A stretch of DNA of 64,000 nt, taken from the NCBI GenBank assembly GCA_016222905.1, contig JACRPZ010000017.1:4319-68318 (forward strand), written 5' to 3'. The translations under genes and the position numbers were made by a program. The notes below the pieces were generated by a model that had not been told where the DNA came from, did not search any database, and worked only from the letters and a program-made list of their open reading frames with translations. The DNA is from Nitrospirota bacterium. Its GTDB lineage: Bacteria > Nitrospirota > Thermodesulfovibrionia > UBA6902. Of the stretch, positions 1 through 9,209 are shown piece by piece (position 1 is the stretch's first letter; each line of letters begins with the position of its first letter).

Positions 1-42
1 GGGAAAATAATCAACTCAAATGATAATAGGTAAGTTTGACTC

Positions 43-513
43 TTATCCTTTCTCCGACGATCTAATTGTCTTCAAGACATCTTTCAGCACAGGCAGCACC
101 AGTTTATCTTTTTTACGGCCAGCCGCCTGTTTGCTTTTAATGATCAACTCAAGCGGCAGCACCGGCACTTTAAAATCATCCAGAGATATTTTTATTGCCT
201 CTTTTTTGACCTCGGCATATTCGCCCAAACCATGTACATGAGTTACAATGTCAAAAAGCTGAACGTCGTCCCCGGCAAACATAGGAGGGTTGTTTCCCAT
301 AGGGGGAACATAAATTGATTTTACTTTTTTTAAGGCTTTGGTTAACTGAGTACTGGCCAAATCCGCAAACCAAAGATCAACATCTTGAGTAACAACAGGC
401 GCACCCTGTAAAGCGGCCGCTGACAGGCCGATGATCATGAAATCAACCTTATGGCGGACTAATTCGCGCAGAAAGCGAATCTCATTTTTGGTGAATATAA
501 GGTTTTTGACCAC
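43..513 (-). CDS. Pol-beta-fold nucleotidyltransferase domain protein (toxin-like partner of the upstream HTH gene)
   Basis: 156 aa. The N-terminal hG[LS]...DVDLW pattern (IIGLSAAALQG...TQDVDLWF) is typical of minimal nucleotidyltransferases. It overlaps the upstream HTH gene by 32 bp. Confidence 0.55.
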   Translation of the reverse strand: MVKNLIFTKNEIRFLRELVRHKVDFMIIGLSAAALQGAPVVTQDVDLWFADLASTQLTKALKKVKSIYVPPMGNNPPMFAGDDVQLFDIVTHVHGLGEYAEVKKEAIKISLDDFKVPVLPLELIIKSKQAAGRKKDKLVLPVLKDVLKTIRSSEKG

Positions 514-856
514 GGGTCAAGGCCCTCCGTAAACGTTCAATCGGCGGTTCGCGCAGTAATAATAACGTGTGCCTGATATTGTCCCGATCAATATTTTTGT
601 GTTTTCCGGCTATATCATCCACTTTATTTAGTAAAAGCTTCATCTTTTCCGTCTCTTTATTATCTTCGGTAAGAAATTCCGAAGGAGATATATTCAGGCC
701 CCTCGCAATAGCTTTGATAGATTTAGGCAAGACATAATCCTCACGCGCTAATGAATAAAACGCGTTGCGGCTTACCCCTGCTTGCTTAAGCAGTTCAGAG
801 AGCGTAATCTTCCGCTGACGGCATTTATCTTTAATTACTTCAAGTGATATTCTCAT
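482..856 (-). CDS. XRE-family helix-turn-helix transcriptional regulator (antitoxin-like)
   Basis: 124 aa. HTH signature ITLSELLKQAGVSRNAFYSLA. Co-oriented with and overlapping the nucleotidyltransferase gene. Confidence 0.65.
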   Translation of the reverse strand: MRISLEVIKDKCRQRKITLSELLKQAGVSRNAFYSLAREDYVLPKSIKAIARGLNISPSEFLTEDNKETEKMKLLLNKVDDIAGKHKNIDRDNIRHTLLLLREPPIERLRRALTRGQKPYIHQK

Positions 857-867
857 GATAAATATAA

Positions 868-890
868 TGTACCATAATATGGTACATAAA
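868..890. promoter_or_regulatory. Palindrome tgtaccat-aat-atggtaca immediately upstream of the HTH gene; putative autoregulatory operator
   Basis: Inverted repeat with 8-bp arms read directly from the sequence, about 10 bp upstream of the start codon at 856. Confidence 0.3.
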
Positions 891-1177
891 ACAATACCGA
901 ATGCAAATCCTTCCTGTTGTCTTGGGCGAGATGTTGAATGACCCTGATCTGATCAAAGTCGCAAAGAGTTATGCAGGCAATGCTTCAAATAAAAAAATTG
1001 ATATAGCAGGATTGAAGAAAGCATCTGACAAAAAATAAACAACTTAATTATAAAACGTGGAGACGTGGCTCTGAATGCCTTTCAAGTTAATGCGGAATAT
1101 AGACCCCATCTATTACACAAGAACGGAGCTATCAGACCGCTTACGCATGGACATGAAAAAGAGCTGATGATGGCAAA

Positions 1178-2932
1178 TTAGGCTATCGTCCAACACTTGT
1201 TTATTTCTGCAGCAAACTTCGGCCACTGACTCGAAACATAAGGAAACTTCTCTTTGTTTTTAAAATCAATCTTAAGGGCAGAAAGCTTTTTTTGGTAAAA
1301 CCCTATTTCCTTAACACCTTGGTAAACTTCCAATGACATACCAAAGCTTTTTATGAACGCAACAATAGAAGTAACTGTCAATAACTTGCTTGTACCATCT
1401 GTAACCCAATCATCTTTAAAATTACTCTGAACTGATATAAAAAACTTACAAATTGTATCAGCACAAAAAGATACATATTTATTCAGAAGTTCTTCAGCGA
1501 TATTATCTTTCCCTTCCTGTTTCTGTAGTAAATTTTTGTCTTGATTGTGCCAATACTTAAAAAGCGTTTCTTTTGATTCGTCAATTTCGACAAGCTGTTG
1601 CAGTCCATATTTTATAATTGTTGGCGTTTTAATGCCCTTATTGTCAAGCTCTGAAAGTAAAAATAGATTGAGAAATGGCGAACGAGTATTCATCTTTTGG
1701 ATTACACTTGTAGATATTCCTATTGGAGAAAAAGGGTCTTGCAGGGACTGAATGTGTTGTAGAATTTGCGTATTAACTTTTTTCTGTTTGCTGTTTATTT
1801 CCAGAAATAGCTGGCTCTCAAATTTCCTCTTCTCCGACTCGGTAAACATCCCTTTCTGATAGTATAATCCCGTAATAAATAGGTGTCTTTTATTCCGAAG
1901 GTCAGCGATTATTCTCTCTTCTTGATCATCAGGACCTTCGTAGTGACCAAACACTCTATGCTGTCCATCAATTATACCAATTGAGTTGCTTTTGTAAGGA
2001 ATTTTGATTTCTATATTAGATGTTACGTCGTCGATTGCTTTAGGATCGATAGGTTCACTTTCCAAATCCTTCTCGCCTTTTAAATAAAATTTAGCCTCTT
2101 TCGGCAAACTAACAATAATATTATCAATAAATGTCCTTTTCTCCCGTGATAGAAATTCACGTATGCTAACTATTTTACTTCTTTCAATCAGTCTTTGATA
2201 ATAGTATCCTGTATTCTGATCCCAATTCTCTTTTCGAAAAACGTACGCACAATCTAGCAACTCCTTTGCTGTCATGACAAAAGATACAAGAGACACACCT
2301 GAAGGCATCCCACTGACATCTTCAGGAAATATTACTGCACTATATATGTGTTCAGGGTAGCTTCCCTTTGTGTTTCCTATTTGTCTAAAATCGACCCCAA
2401 TAAATTTATAAAACTCATTTCTTGCTGAATATCTAATGCTATCTGCTACTTTTAGGAAATACTTCAGTATCCTATAATCTATATACTTGAATTCGCCATA
2501 AAGAATTCGCTTTTCTTCTTCTATAGGTTGTTCGGTGAAATAGATGTAGAATATTTTATAGCGTGCATTAGAATAATTATCGAAGCGAGCAAATTTGTCT
2601 TTCCCTATGTTTTTAATCCAGCTTAGGAAATTTTCTCTATCAGTCGAAAGCTTCTCGAAAAATTCATACTTATTTCGTAAATGATCTGTCGCATTAGTCT
2701 TCCCAATTGTTTCTTCACAAATCAGAATAATGTTTTTAAATAAAAAAACACTATCAATTTCACTTTCTCTGCCATCAAATCTTACTTTTTTCCCTTCCGT
2801 ACGAATGTATTCAAACCCCATACGTTTAAACATTTCAAGGATGGCTTTATGAAACTTAATTTGGTGTTTACGTTGTGGAGTTAAAGGAACTTTCTTTTTT
2901 CTCTTTCTTTTTTTCATTTTCCGAGTAGCCAT
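1178..2932 (-). CDS. DGQHR-domain protein (DndB/DpdB-like, ParB/Srx fold) with a long N-terminal extension and a polybasic N-terminus
   Basis: 584 aa. Exact motif IGIIDGQHRVFGH at about residue 323. N-terminus MATRKMKKRKRKKKVPL. AT-rich codon usage. Lies 9 bp downstream of the MTase gene on the same strand. Confidence 0.7.
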   Translation of the reverse strand: MATRKMKKRKRKKKVPLTPQRKHQIKFHKAILEMFKRMGFEYIRTEGKKVRFDGRESEIDSVFLFKNIILICEETIGKTNATDHLRNKYEFFEKLSTDRENFLSWIKNIGKDKFARFDNYSNARYKIFYIYFTEQPIEEEKRILYGEFKYIDYRILKYFLKVADSIRYSARNEFYKFIGVDFRQIGNTKGSYPEHIYSAVIFPEDVSGMPSGVSLVSFVMTAKELLDCAYVFRKENWDQNTGYYYQRLIERSKIVSIREFLSREKRTFIDNIIVSLPKEAKFYLKGEKDLESEPIDPKAIDDVTSNIEIKIPYKSNSIGIIDGQHRVFGHYEGPDDQEERIIADLRNKRHLFITGLYYQKGMFTESEKRKFESQLFLEINSKQKKVNTQILQHIQSLQDPFSPIGISTSVIQKMNTRSPFLNLFLLSELDNKGIKTPTIIKYGLQQLVEIDESKETLFKYWHNQDKNLLQKQEGKDNIAEELLNKYVSFCADTICKFFISVQSNFKDDWVTDGTSKLLTVTSIVAFIKSFGMSLEVYQGVKEIGFYQKKLSALKIDFKNKEKFPYVSSQWPKFAAEINKCWTIA

Positions 2933-2941
2933 AGTTCTGAT

Positions 2942-4195
2942 TTAATCTCCACCAACTTTTATTGGAATATCAGAATACATAAACTCAAACTTCGTCTCAT
3001 TTTTAAGAACATCTACCATTTTGCATGAAGAAGTATAAGAGAAAAATCTATCGAATTTATATTTGTAAGACTTGGCTTTATTTAATTTCTGAGCGATTTC
3101 GGAATCTTTCTTTATAGTTATAGTTGGATTAATTTTAGATTGCTTGATCAAATCACGCAATTCTTTATTGCCTAAATCTATCAATGGCATCTGCCCGTTT
3201 TGTAATATAATGACTTCAAGGTCGTTATTAGCTTTGTCCTTTACATAATATAAAAAAGAATGTTTGTTAACCTTATTCAAATGCTCACAAATATTACTTG
3301 CAACTTTTAATTTCCGCAGTTTTTTGTTGGTTTTTCTGAAATTGTCAAAGAGCAACTTAGCATCTTCTAATTCTTTAACACGCCTTTGCCAGTATCTTTC
3401 TGCACCTATCAAAACTTCAGTTTCAAATCGCTCTTTGTAAGACCTATTTACATCTAAGCCTACAGAATTTCGATGCATTTTGCTTGCAATTGCTAACACG
3501 GAACCTGATCCTGTAAAAGGATCAAGAATCCAATCATTTTCATCACTACAAAGAGAAATTATTTTTTCAACAAGTGAAAATGGGAAAGGACATAGATGAT
3601 TTTGTTTGCTATCTCCCCAACCTCTGATGGGTGTAGTGAAATTCCAAACATTTGATGGCGCTTTGCCATTTGGATTGTAACGTTCAGGATAAGTCTTCCA
3701 CCATTTTTTCAGATCAAGAATTTCACGAACTCTATCAACTTTAAACTTGAAGCTATCTCCTTTAGTGAAGAACAGAATATACTCATGCTGATTTTTAAAT
3801 TTACCTTTGTGATTCCAAGGTAAATTTTTGTCTTTGTCCCAAATAATTATATCTTGTAAAATCCAGGTTTTCTTTGAATTATCCTTGAGCCTATTTACTA
3901 TATCAAACGGGAAAAGTTTAACCTCTTTGTTTTTTTTAAAAGTATCTACTACCAACCAAAATGTTGCATCTGTTGTAGAAAGATCATGGCAATCCTGAAA
4001 TATTGAACATAGAACATCTAAGTAATCGTTATAGCTTTTCTGCCCATAACCAACTTGCTGTCTGTTATTGTCATAATTAAGTAAATCAAAGTATGGCGGG
4101 GATGAAATAATCAATTGAGGCGCAGGGATTTTCTTAATCTTAATGGTTTTTTTTACATCTTTTGCATTGGCAATAATATAACGTTGTTGAATCAT
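2942..4195 (-). CDS. Beta-class DNA methyltransferase (SPPY motif IV before FxGxG motif I; probably N4-cytosine or N6-adenine)
   Basis: 417 aa. IISSPPYFDL (motif IV) precedes DPFTGSGS (motif I), the beta-class order. A C-terminal extension of about 150 aa follows. AT-rich islet. Confidence 0.85.
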   Translation of the reverse strand: MIQQRYIIANAKDVKKTIKIKKIPAPQLIISSPPYFDLLNYDNNRQQVGYGQKSYNDYLDVLCSIFQDCHDLSTTDATFWLVVDTFKKNKEVKLFPFDIVNRLKDNSKKTWILQDIIIWDKDKNLPWNHKGKFKNQHEYILFFTKGDSFKFKVDRVREILDLKKWWKTYPERYNPNGKAPSNVWNFTTPIRGWGDSKQNHLCPFPFSLVEKIISLCSDENDWILDPFTGSGSVLAIASKMHRNSVGLDVNRSYKERFETEVLIGAERYWQRRVKELEDAKLLFDNFRKTNKKLRKLKVASNICEHLNKVNKHSFLYYVKDKANNDLEVIILQNGQMPLIDLGNKELRDLIKQSKINPTITIKKDSEIAQKLNKAKSYKYKFDRFFSYTSSCKMVDVLKNETKFEFMYSDIPIKVGGD

Positions 4196-4623
4196 ATTTT
4201 ATAGTTTAGAGAAGGCAAGTGAACTGCCAAATTATATATTCAGCAACAAAGATTTAGCAAGCAAAAATAAGGAAGTATGTCAGAGCAAAATAGTGGGTGC
4301 TCTCGGGAAGGTATAGCATTTTGCGATACCGCCCAGTCCCGAATAAAATTAATTAATGATAATACTTATACCTGTTAAAGACAAGGATTTTTTCTTCTGT
4401 CTCAAAGTGGATAATCAGTTTTACCGCCCCGGCTCATTCCCCACAAATTCAAAGAAAACGACTTGAGGCTTTGTCAGTGATATATAAATCTGTCCAATAC
4501 CCCCTAATGTGGGCATCCCTTTTGGGGTATTAACAATAAAAATAAAAGTTGATATCGTTAAATCGTCAAAAAGGAACTATTTCTTGTTCCCATATGCTGC
4601 AAAAGAAAGGGGGTGAATGTGTA

Positions 4624-5082
4624 ATGAAATCAAGGGTCCTTATAACCATTCTGTCGATACTTACTTTCCTGATGTCGTCAGCAGTTGTGCATGCGGGAGG
4701 CGCCACCCGGGTTGCGGAAGCCATCTGGGCAAACGGTAATATCTATGACACGATTCTGACTCCGGCCACTTTTGTGGCCCCTCCGTTGCAGTCAACCGAC
4801 ATCATCTATAGCTTTATGTTAAGCGGTCTCGAAGGGCAGAGGTCTGTTGCGGAAAGCGCTCCCGGTGACCAAGACTATAACGGTGGTCGATGGAATGTAC
4901 AGATGGTTGTCTTTACTCCACAGGGGATCGCGGTCCATGATCCCGATGGTGACGGTATCGTGAACTTCGAGCTGACAACAGCAGAAATGGTACTTGAGCA
5001 CGAAGCGTTGGGGCATCTGACCATCAGTGCCGCTAATTTCTACTTCGAGTGTCCGTTGCTCCCTCGTCGCGGTAACCGGTAG
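4624..5082 (+). CDS. Secreted hypothetical protein
   Basis: The internal start MKSRVLITILSILTFLMSSAVVHAGG has a signal peptide and is preceded by an AAGGGGG RBS. The longer ORF from 4549 lacks an RBS. Confidence 0.5.
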   Translation: MKSRVLITILSILTFLMSSAVVHAGGATRVAEAIWANGNIYDTILTPATFVAPPLQSTDIIYSFMLSGLEGQRSVAESAPGDQDYNGGRWNVQMVVFTPQGIAVHDPDGDGIVNFELTTAEMVLEHEALGHLTISAANFYFECPLLPRRGNR

Positions 5083-5103
5083 ATGAATTCATCATCTGCA
5101 TAA

Positions 5104-5137
5104 AGAGGGGCAGGCAGCCGCCTGCCCCTCTTTATGG
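5104..5137 (+). terminator. Rho-independent terminator hairpin (agaggggcaggc-agcc-gcctgcccctct followed by a T-run)
   Basis: GC-rich perfect stem followed by TTTAT, directly after the stop of the 4624..5082 gene. Confidence 0.5.
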
Positions 5138-5245
5138 TCCCATTATTCCCCTTTTATGAAAGCCCTTAATGAGGCATCCTGGACGCTATTTGCTTCTGTG
5201 CCAAGTGTCTCCGCCCCCTCATCCTGCATCCAGAGAATCTTAACT

Positions 5246-5290
5246 TTGACATCGAAACATTATGTGCTATTATTTTTCTTATAGTCCGAT
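5246..5290 (+). promoter_or_regulatory. Putative sigma70-type promoter (TTGACA-16 bp-TATTAT) with a conserved downstream box; the same cassette is repeated upstream of 18206
   Basis: About 46 bp are near-identical to 18125..18170. Sits upstream of the VOC gene, whose AGGAGG RBS is at 5294. Confidence 0.4.
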
Positions 5291-5305
5291 AGCAGGAGGT
5301 GATCT

Positions 5306-5728
5306 ATGAAACCGCGAATTACAGTAATTACATTGGGAGTGGACGATCTGGAAAGATCACTTAAATTCTATCGTGACGGACTCGGCCTGCCGACAGAGGG
5401 AATTATCGGCAAGGAATTTGAGTACGGCGCTGTCGCGTTCTTTAATCTGCAAAACGGCGTGATGCTTGCCCTCTGGCCGCGAAAGAGTATTGCTCTTGAC
5501 TCAACAATTCCTCTTCAGCCGCCGAGCAGCACTGAAGTTACCATCGGGCATAACGTAAACAGCAAAGAAGAAGTGGACGCGGTTATGAAGCAGGCAAAAG
5601 AAGCGGGCGCAAAGATAGTCAAATCTGCCCAAGATACCTTTTGGGGCGGTTATGCCGGTTATTTTCAAGACCCCGATGGCCATTTGTGGGAAGTGGTCTG
5701 GAATCCGCAGATGAAGATAGAAGATTAG
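5306..5728 (+). CDS. VOC/glyoxalase-bleomycin resistance family protein
   Basis: 140 aa of two beta-alpha-beta-beta-beta modules. Conserved FQDPDGHLWEV near the C-terminus. Strong RBS. Confidence 0.8.
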   Translation: MKPRITVITLGVDDLERSLKFYRDGLGLPTEGIIGKEFEYGAVAFFNLQNGVMLALWPRKSIALDSTIPLQPPSSTEVTIGHNVNSKEEVDAVMKQAKEAGAKIVKSAQDTFWGGYAGYFQDPDGHLWEVVWNPQMKIED

Positions 5729-5730
5729 TG

Positions 5731-5757
5731 TAACGTTAGGCGTAACATGTTATAATT
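5731..5757 (+). promoter_or_regulatory. Palindromes taacgtta and taacatgtta overlapping a TATAAT -10 box; putative HigA operator and promoter
   Basis: A perfect 10-bp palindrome at 5743..5752 overlaps tataat at 5751..5756, just upstream of higB. Confidence 0.35.
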
Positions 5758-5763
5758 TAAATA

Positions 5764-6042
5764 ATGATAAGGTCTTTCAGGCACAAAGGTCTTGAAAAAT
5801 ATTTCTATGATGGAGATAAAAAAGGAATTAACGTTCAGCATGCGAACAGGCTTGGACGAATTCTTGATCGTTTAGACGCTTCTATATCCCCTCAGGATAT
5901 GAATTTGCCCGGTTTTAAATTACATGAGCTTAAAGGGAAAGAAAAAAGCGTCTGGGCAGTCTGGGTGAGTGGTAATTGGCGAGTAACGTTTAAATTTCAT
6001 GGAAACGATGCAATACTCGTTGATTACCGTGATTACCACTAA
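5764..6042 (+). CDS. higB: HigB-type toxin (RelE/ParE superfamily, plasmid-maintenance killer protein)
   Basis: 92 aa. MIRSFRHKGLEKYFYDG...WRVTFKF is the characteristic HigB signature. Confidence 0.85.
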   Translation: MIRSFRHKGLEKYFYDGDKKGINVQHANRLGRILDRLDASISPQDMNLPGFKLHELKGKEKSVWAVWVSGNWRVTFKFHGNDAILVDYRDYH

Positions 6043-6061
6043 TTTGAGAGGAGGATTAAGT

Positions 6062-6352
6062 ATGACTGGAAAAAGAAAACCCGTTCATCCCGGAGAAGTT
6101 TTGAGTGAAGATGTTATTAAGCCTTTGGGACTTACGGTAACTGAAGCTGCAATGAAGCTGGGAGTTGCCAGAAAAACATTGTCTACCTTATTGAATGGCA
6201 AAGCATCATTAAGTCCTGACATGGCGGTAAGAATAGCAAAAGCAACTAATACATCTCCGGAGAGTTGGTTATATATGCAGGCAAAGTTGGACATCTGGAT
6301 TGTAGCCAGGAAATTACCAAAAGTTCAAGAGCTTAAAGCAATCGCTGTATAA
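6062..6352 (+). CDS. higA: HigA antitoxin (XRE-type HTH)
   Basis: HPGEVLSEDVIKPLGLTVTEAAMKLGVARKTLSTLLNGK is the HigA HTH. AGGAGG RBS sits 8 nt upstream. Immediately follows higB. Confidence 0.85.
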   Translation: MTGKRKPVHPGEVLSEDVIKPLGLTVTEAAMKLGVARKTLSTLLNGKASLSPDMAVRIAKATNTSPESWLYMQAKLDIWIVARKLPKVQELKAIAV

Positions 6353-6379
6353 GAAAAGAGTCTGTTTACTTCACTCACC

Positions 6380-6480
6380 CGGATTTTTCTGTTAAACTCT
6401 CCTCATGCCTATAATTAAGGTCGAAGGCTTTCAAAGAAGTTCGGGGACTTGACTGCCGTCAACAATGTCTCTTGACCCAT
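6380..6480 (+). repeat. Partial duplicate of the ABC ATPase 5' region (copy of about 9187..9290)
   Basis: ctcctcatgcctataattaaggtcgaagg...gttcggggacttgactgccgtcaacaatgtctct is about 90% identical to the real ABC gene start. The reading frame is disrupted, so this is a pseudo start. Confidence 0.8.
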
Positions 6481-6618
6481 CGTTCAGGTATGAAATAAAT
6501 GGATGCAGGCTTGTCTATTGCGTTCCATCTGATAGCGAAACGGACACGAACGTCTTTAACCCCGAAGAAGGACGATGGCGATGACATATGAAGAAGGTTT
6601 TCGGTATACTCATGGATT

Positions 6619-9006
6619 ATGGACGAACAGACCCTCCGCGTTCTTGAATTCGATAAGATACTCAGGATGGCTGCCGGCTTTGCGGTGACGGTCCCAGGCA
6701 GCGAGCTTGTCAGGAAAACAGCGCCGCTGAAGACCGCCGGCTATGCAAGGCAACGGATAAACCTCATTTCAGAGTGCAGGAGATTCGTCTCCGAAGGAAA
6801 GCATTTCGGGATTGAGCATTTTGACGATCTCTCATCATTTTTCCGAAGGGTAAGACCGGCTGATTCCGTGCTCATCCCCATGGATCTGAGATCATTCCTG
6901 CCGATCCTCTATTCCGCTTTAAACTTAAGAATGCTGGGCGAAGATTCGGAATATCAGGGCATAGGCGCTATCGCGTCTACACTCTCAACCCATCCGGAGA
7001 TAATGAAGGCGATTGAGCGCTCTATAGACTGGGACGGAGAGATCAGTGACAGCGCTAGCCCTGAGCTCTCTTCCATAAGACGGGCGATCCGGTCATGTGA
7101 AACCAAGATAAAAACTCTCCTTGAAGGGATTCTGAAACAGGAGGACCTCCAGCAGCACCTTCAGGACTTCTATCTTGCCGAACGTAACAACCGATGGGTC
7201 GTCCCCGTAAAGACAGACTCCAAAGGCAGCGTGCCCGGGATTGTCCATGACATCTCAAATACGGGAGAGACGGTCTATGTTGAGCCTTACGCGATCCAGC
7301 ACCTTGGAAATGAGCTCGAATCCCACAGGGCGGAAGAGAAGCTCGAGGAGTATAGGATACTGAGGAGTCTCTGCTCACTCATAAGAGAACACCTCAAAGC
7401 AATTGAAGATGATTATCGTATTGTCGCTGAGATCGACGCTCTTCAGGCGATTGCAGGATTTTCCGACCAGATGGGCATGTCCGCTCCTGAAATTAATGAA
7501 GAGGGATACGTGCGCATCATTCACGGACGGCACCCGCTTTTGTGGAAGACACTCAGGAGGGAGAAACGTGAAAACGACCTCGTCCCGCTCGACCTGGAAT
7601 TGGGGAGGGGACATTCCTGCATGGTCATTACCGGTTCGAATGCGGGCGGGAAGACAGTCGCTCTTAAGACGATCGGCGTGCTCTGTCTCATGGCCCTTTG
7701 CGGTATGCATACGCCCTCGGATTCCGGTACGACATTCCCGTTCCTTAAGCGCGTCTTTGCCGACATCGGGGACGACCAGTCCATAGAGCAAAACCTATCG
7801 ACCTTCTCTGCCCACATCAGGCGTATTTCGGATATCGTAAAGCGGAGCGGAAGCGGCACTATGATCATTATCGATGAGCTGGGAACAGGTACATCCCCTG
7901 AAGAGGGCGGCGCTCTCTCCTGCGCCATCCTGCGAAAGATCAGGGCACTCGGCGCCATATCGGCCGTATCCACCCATCTCGGCACCCTCAAGGTATTTGC
8001 CCATTCGGAACCCGGCATGATAAACAGCGCCATGGAGATGGCGGCGGTAGTTGTAAGCGGCAAACCGACACATAAACCTACATATAAACTGGTAGTCGGT
8101 GAACCGGGAACCTCTCATGCCTTTGAGATAGCCGGTTTGCTCGGACTGCCTGATGAGATTATTAAAGAGGCACGGGCCTTTATTACTGAAGAAGACGCGG
8201 CTGTCGAATCGCTCATTTCAGAGCTGAAGAAGAGGACGGTGGAATTAAACATGAGACTGAAAGAGGTGGAAACGATGAGGTCAGAGGCTGAACATCTACG
8301 GCTGTCCATGGCGCAAGAACTCTCACGGCTCAAGATCCTGGAGAAAGAGACTCACGCTGAAGCCTTGAAGGAGGCGGAGGAGTTTTTGCAGAAGACAAAG
8401 AGAGAGGCGAGGGATATCGTCGATGCGATGAAGCGGGCCAAACTTGAGGAGGCGCAAGAGATGGTTAAAGGGCTTGATAAGATAAGCGATGAAGTCGCGA
8501 CCGCCAGCAGGCAATATCTCCCTGATAAGAAGAGACTCACATATGTGCGCACAGGACAGCATGTCTTCGTTCATATTCTCGGCAAAACAGGCGTGGTCCG
8601 GACTGTCAACGAGAAGTCCAAAAGATGCCAGGTGCTCGTTGAAGGCAGAGAGATCGCGGTTCCATTTAAAGAGCTTTCTGAAGTTGAACCTGACATCACT
8701 GCCAGCGAGAAGTCTGATGACACAGGCAAAGAAAGGCTGTCTCTTTCCAAGCCCGAGCTCTTGCATCTTCCGACCGAACTGAACCTTATCGGCCAGCGTG
8801 TAGACCCCTCTCTCTCAAAAATAGAACGCTTCCTTAATGACGCCTCAATGGCAGGGGCGGCGCAGGTAAAGATAATTCACGGATACGGGACCGGCATCCT
8901 TTCCAGAGCTGTAAGGGATTACCTGAAAGACCACCCGCTGGTTGAAAGTTTCAGAAAAGGCAATGAAGAAGAAGGCGGAAATGCGGTCACAATAGTCTTG
9001 CTGTAG
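6619..9006 (+). CDS. mutS2: Endonuclease MutS2 (MutS family with a C-terminal Smr domain)
   Basis: 795 aa. Walker A ITGSNAGGKTVALKT and DELGTGT. C-terminal Smr domain (LIGQRVDPSL...IIHGYGTGILSRAV). Confidence 0.9.
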   Translation: MDEQTLRVLEFDKILRMAAGFAVTVPGSELVRKTAPLKTAGYARQRINLISECRRFVSEGKHFGIEHFDDLSSFFRRVRPADSVLIPMDLRSFLPILYSALNLRMLGEDSEYQGIGAIASTLSTHPEIMKAIERSIDWDGEISDSASPELSSIRRAIRSCETKIKTLLEGILKQEDLQQHLQDFYLAERNNRWVVPVKTDSKGSVPGIVHDISNTGETVYVEPYAIQHLGNELESHRAEEKLEEYRILRSLCSLIREHLKAIEDDYRIVAEIDALQAIAGFSDQMGMSAPEINEEGYVRIIHGRHPLLWKTLRREKRENDLVPLDLELGRGHSCMVITGSNAGGKTVALKTIGVLCLMALCGMHTPSDSGTTFPFLKRVFADIGDDQSIEQNLSTFSAHIRRISDIVKRSGSGTMIIIDELGTGTSPEEGGALSCAILRKIRALGAISAVSTHLGTLKVFAHSEPGMINSAMEMAAVVVSGKPTHKPTYKLVVGEPGTSHAFEIAGLLGLPDEIIKEARAFITEEDAAVESLISELKKRTVELNMRLKEVETMRSEAEHLRLSMAQELSRLKILEKETHAEALKEAEEFLQKTKREARDIVDAMKRAKLEEAQEMVKGLDKISDEVATASRQYLPDKKRLTYVRTGQHVFVHILGKTGVVRTVNEKSKRCQVLVEGREIAVPFKELSEVEPDITASEKSDDTGKERLSLSKPELLHLPTELNLIGQRVDPSLSKIERFLNDASMAGAAQVKIIHGYGTGILSRAVRDYLKDHPLVESFRKGNEEEGGNAVTIVLL

Positions 9007-9159
9007 GGCAAGGGCCAATTAGGTTGTTAACTGATACATCAAGCGGCCAATGCCCGCAAGTAAGTCAATAAGGTACATATCAGCAGCAGGAACTGAGCTT
9101 TGCGAGGAAGATAACGGTTCAGGCGGAGCTATAACCCGAGTGACACAAGGGACGGGGGA

Positions 9160-9209
9160 GGCATCAGATGAAGATAGAAGATTAGGGATATTTCTGCTAA
9201 AATCTCCTC
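9160..9209 (+). repeat. Second copy of the VOC 3' end (cagatgaagatagaagattag) fused to the native ABC 5' UTR
   Basis: 9164..9184 is identical to 5708..5728, the last codons and stop of the VOC gene. Confidence 0.75.

Noticed and set aside
7055-8782. Several 60-180 aa ORFs antisense to or out of frame within mutS2
   Set aside because: They are shadow ORFs typical of GC-rich coding DNA, with no RBS or motifs. The mutS2 frame is continuous and has all the expected motifs.
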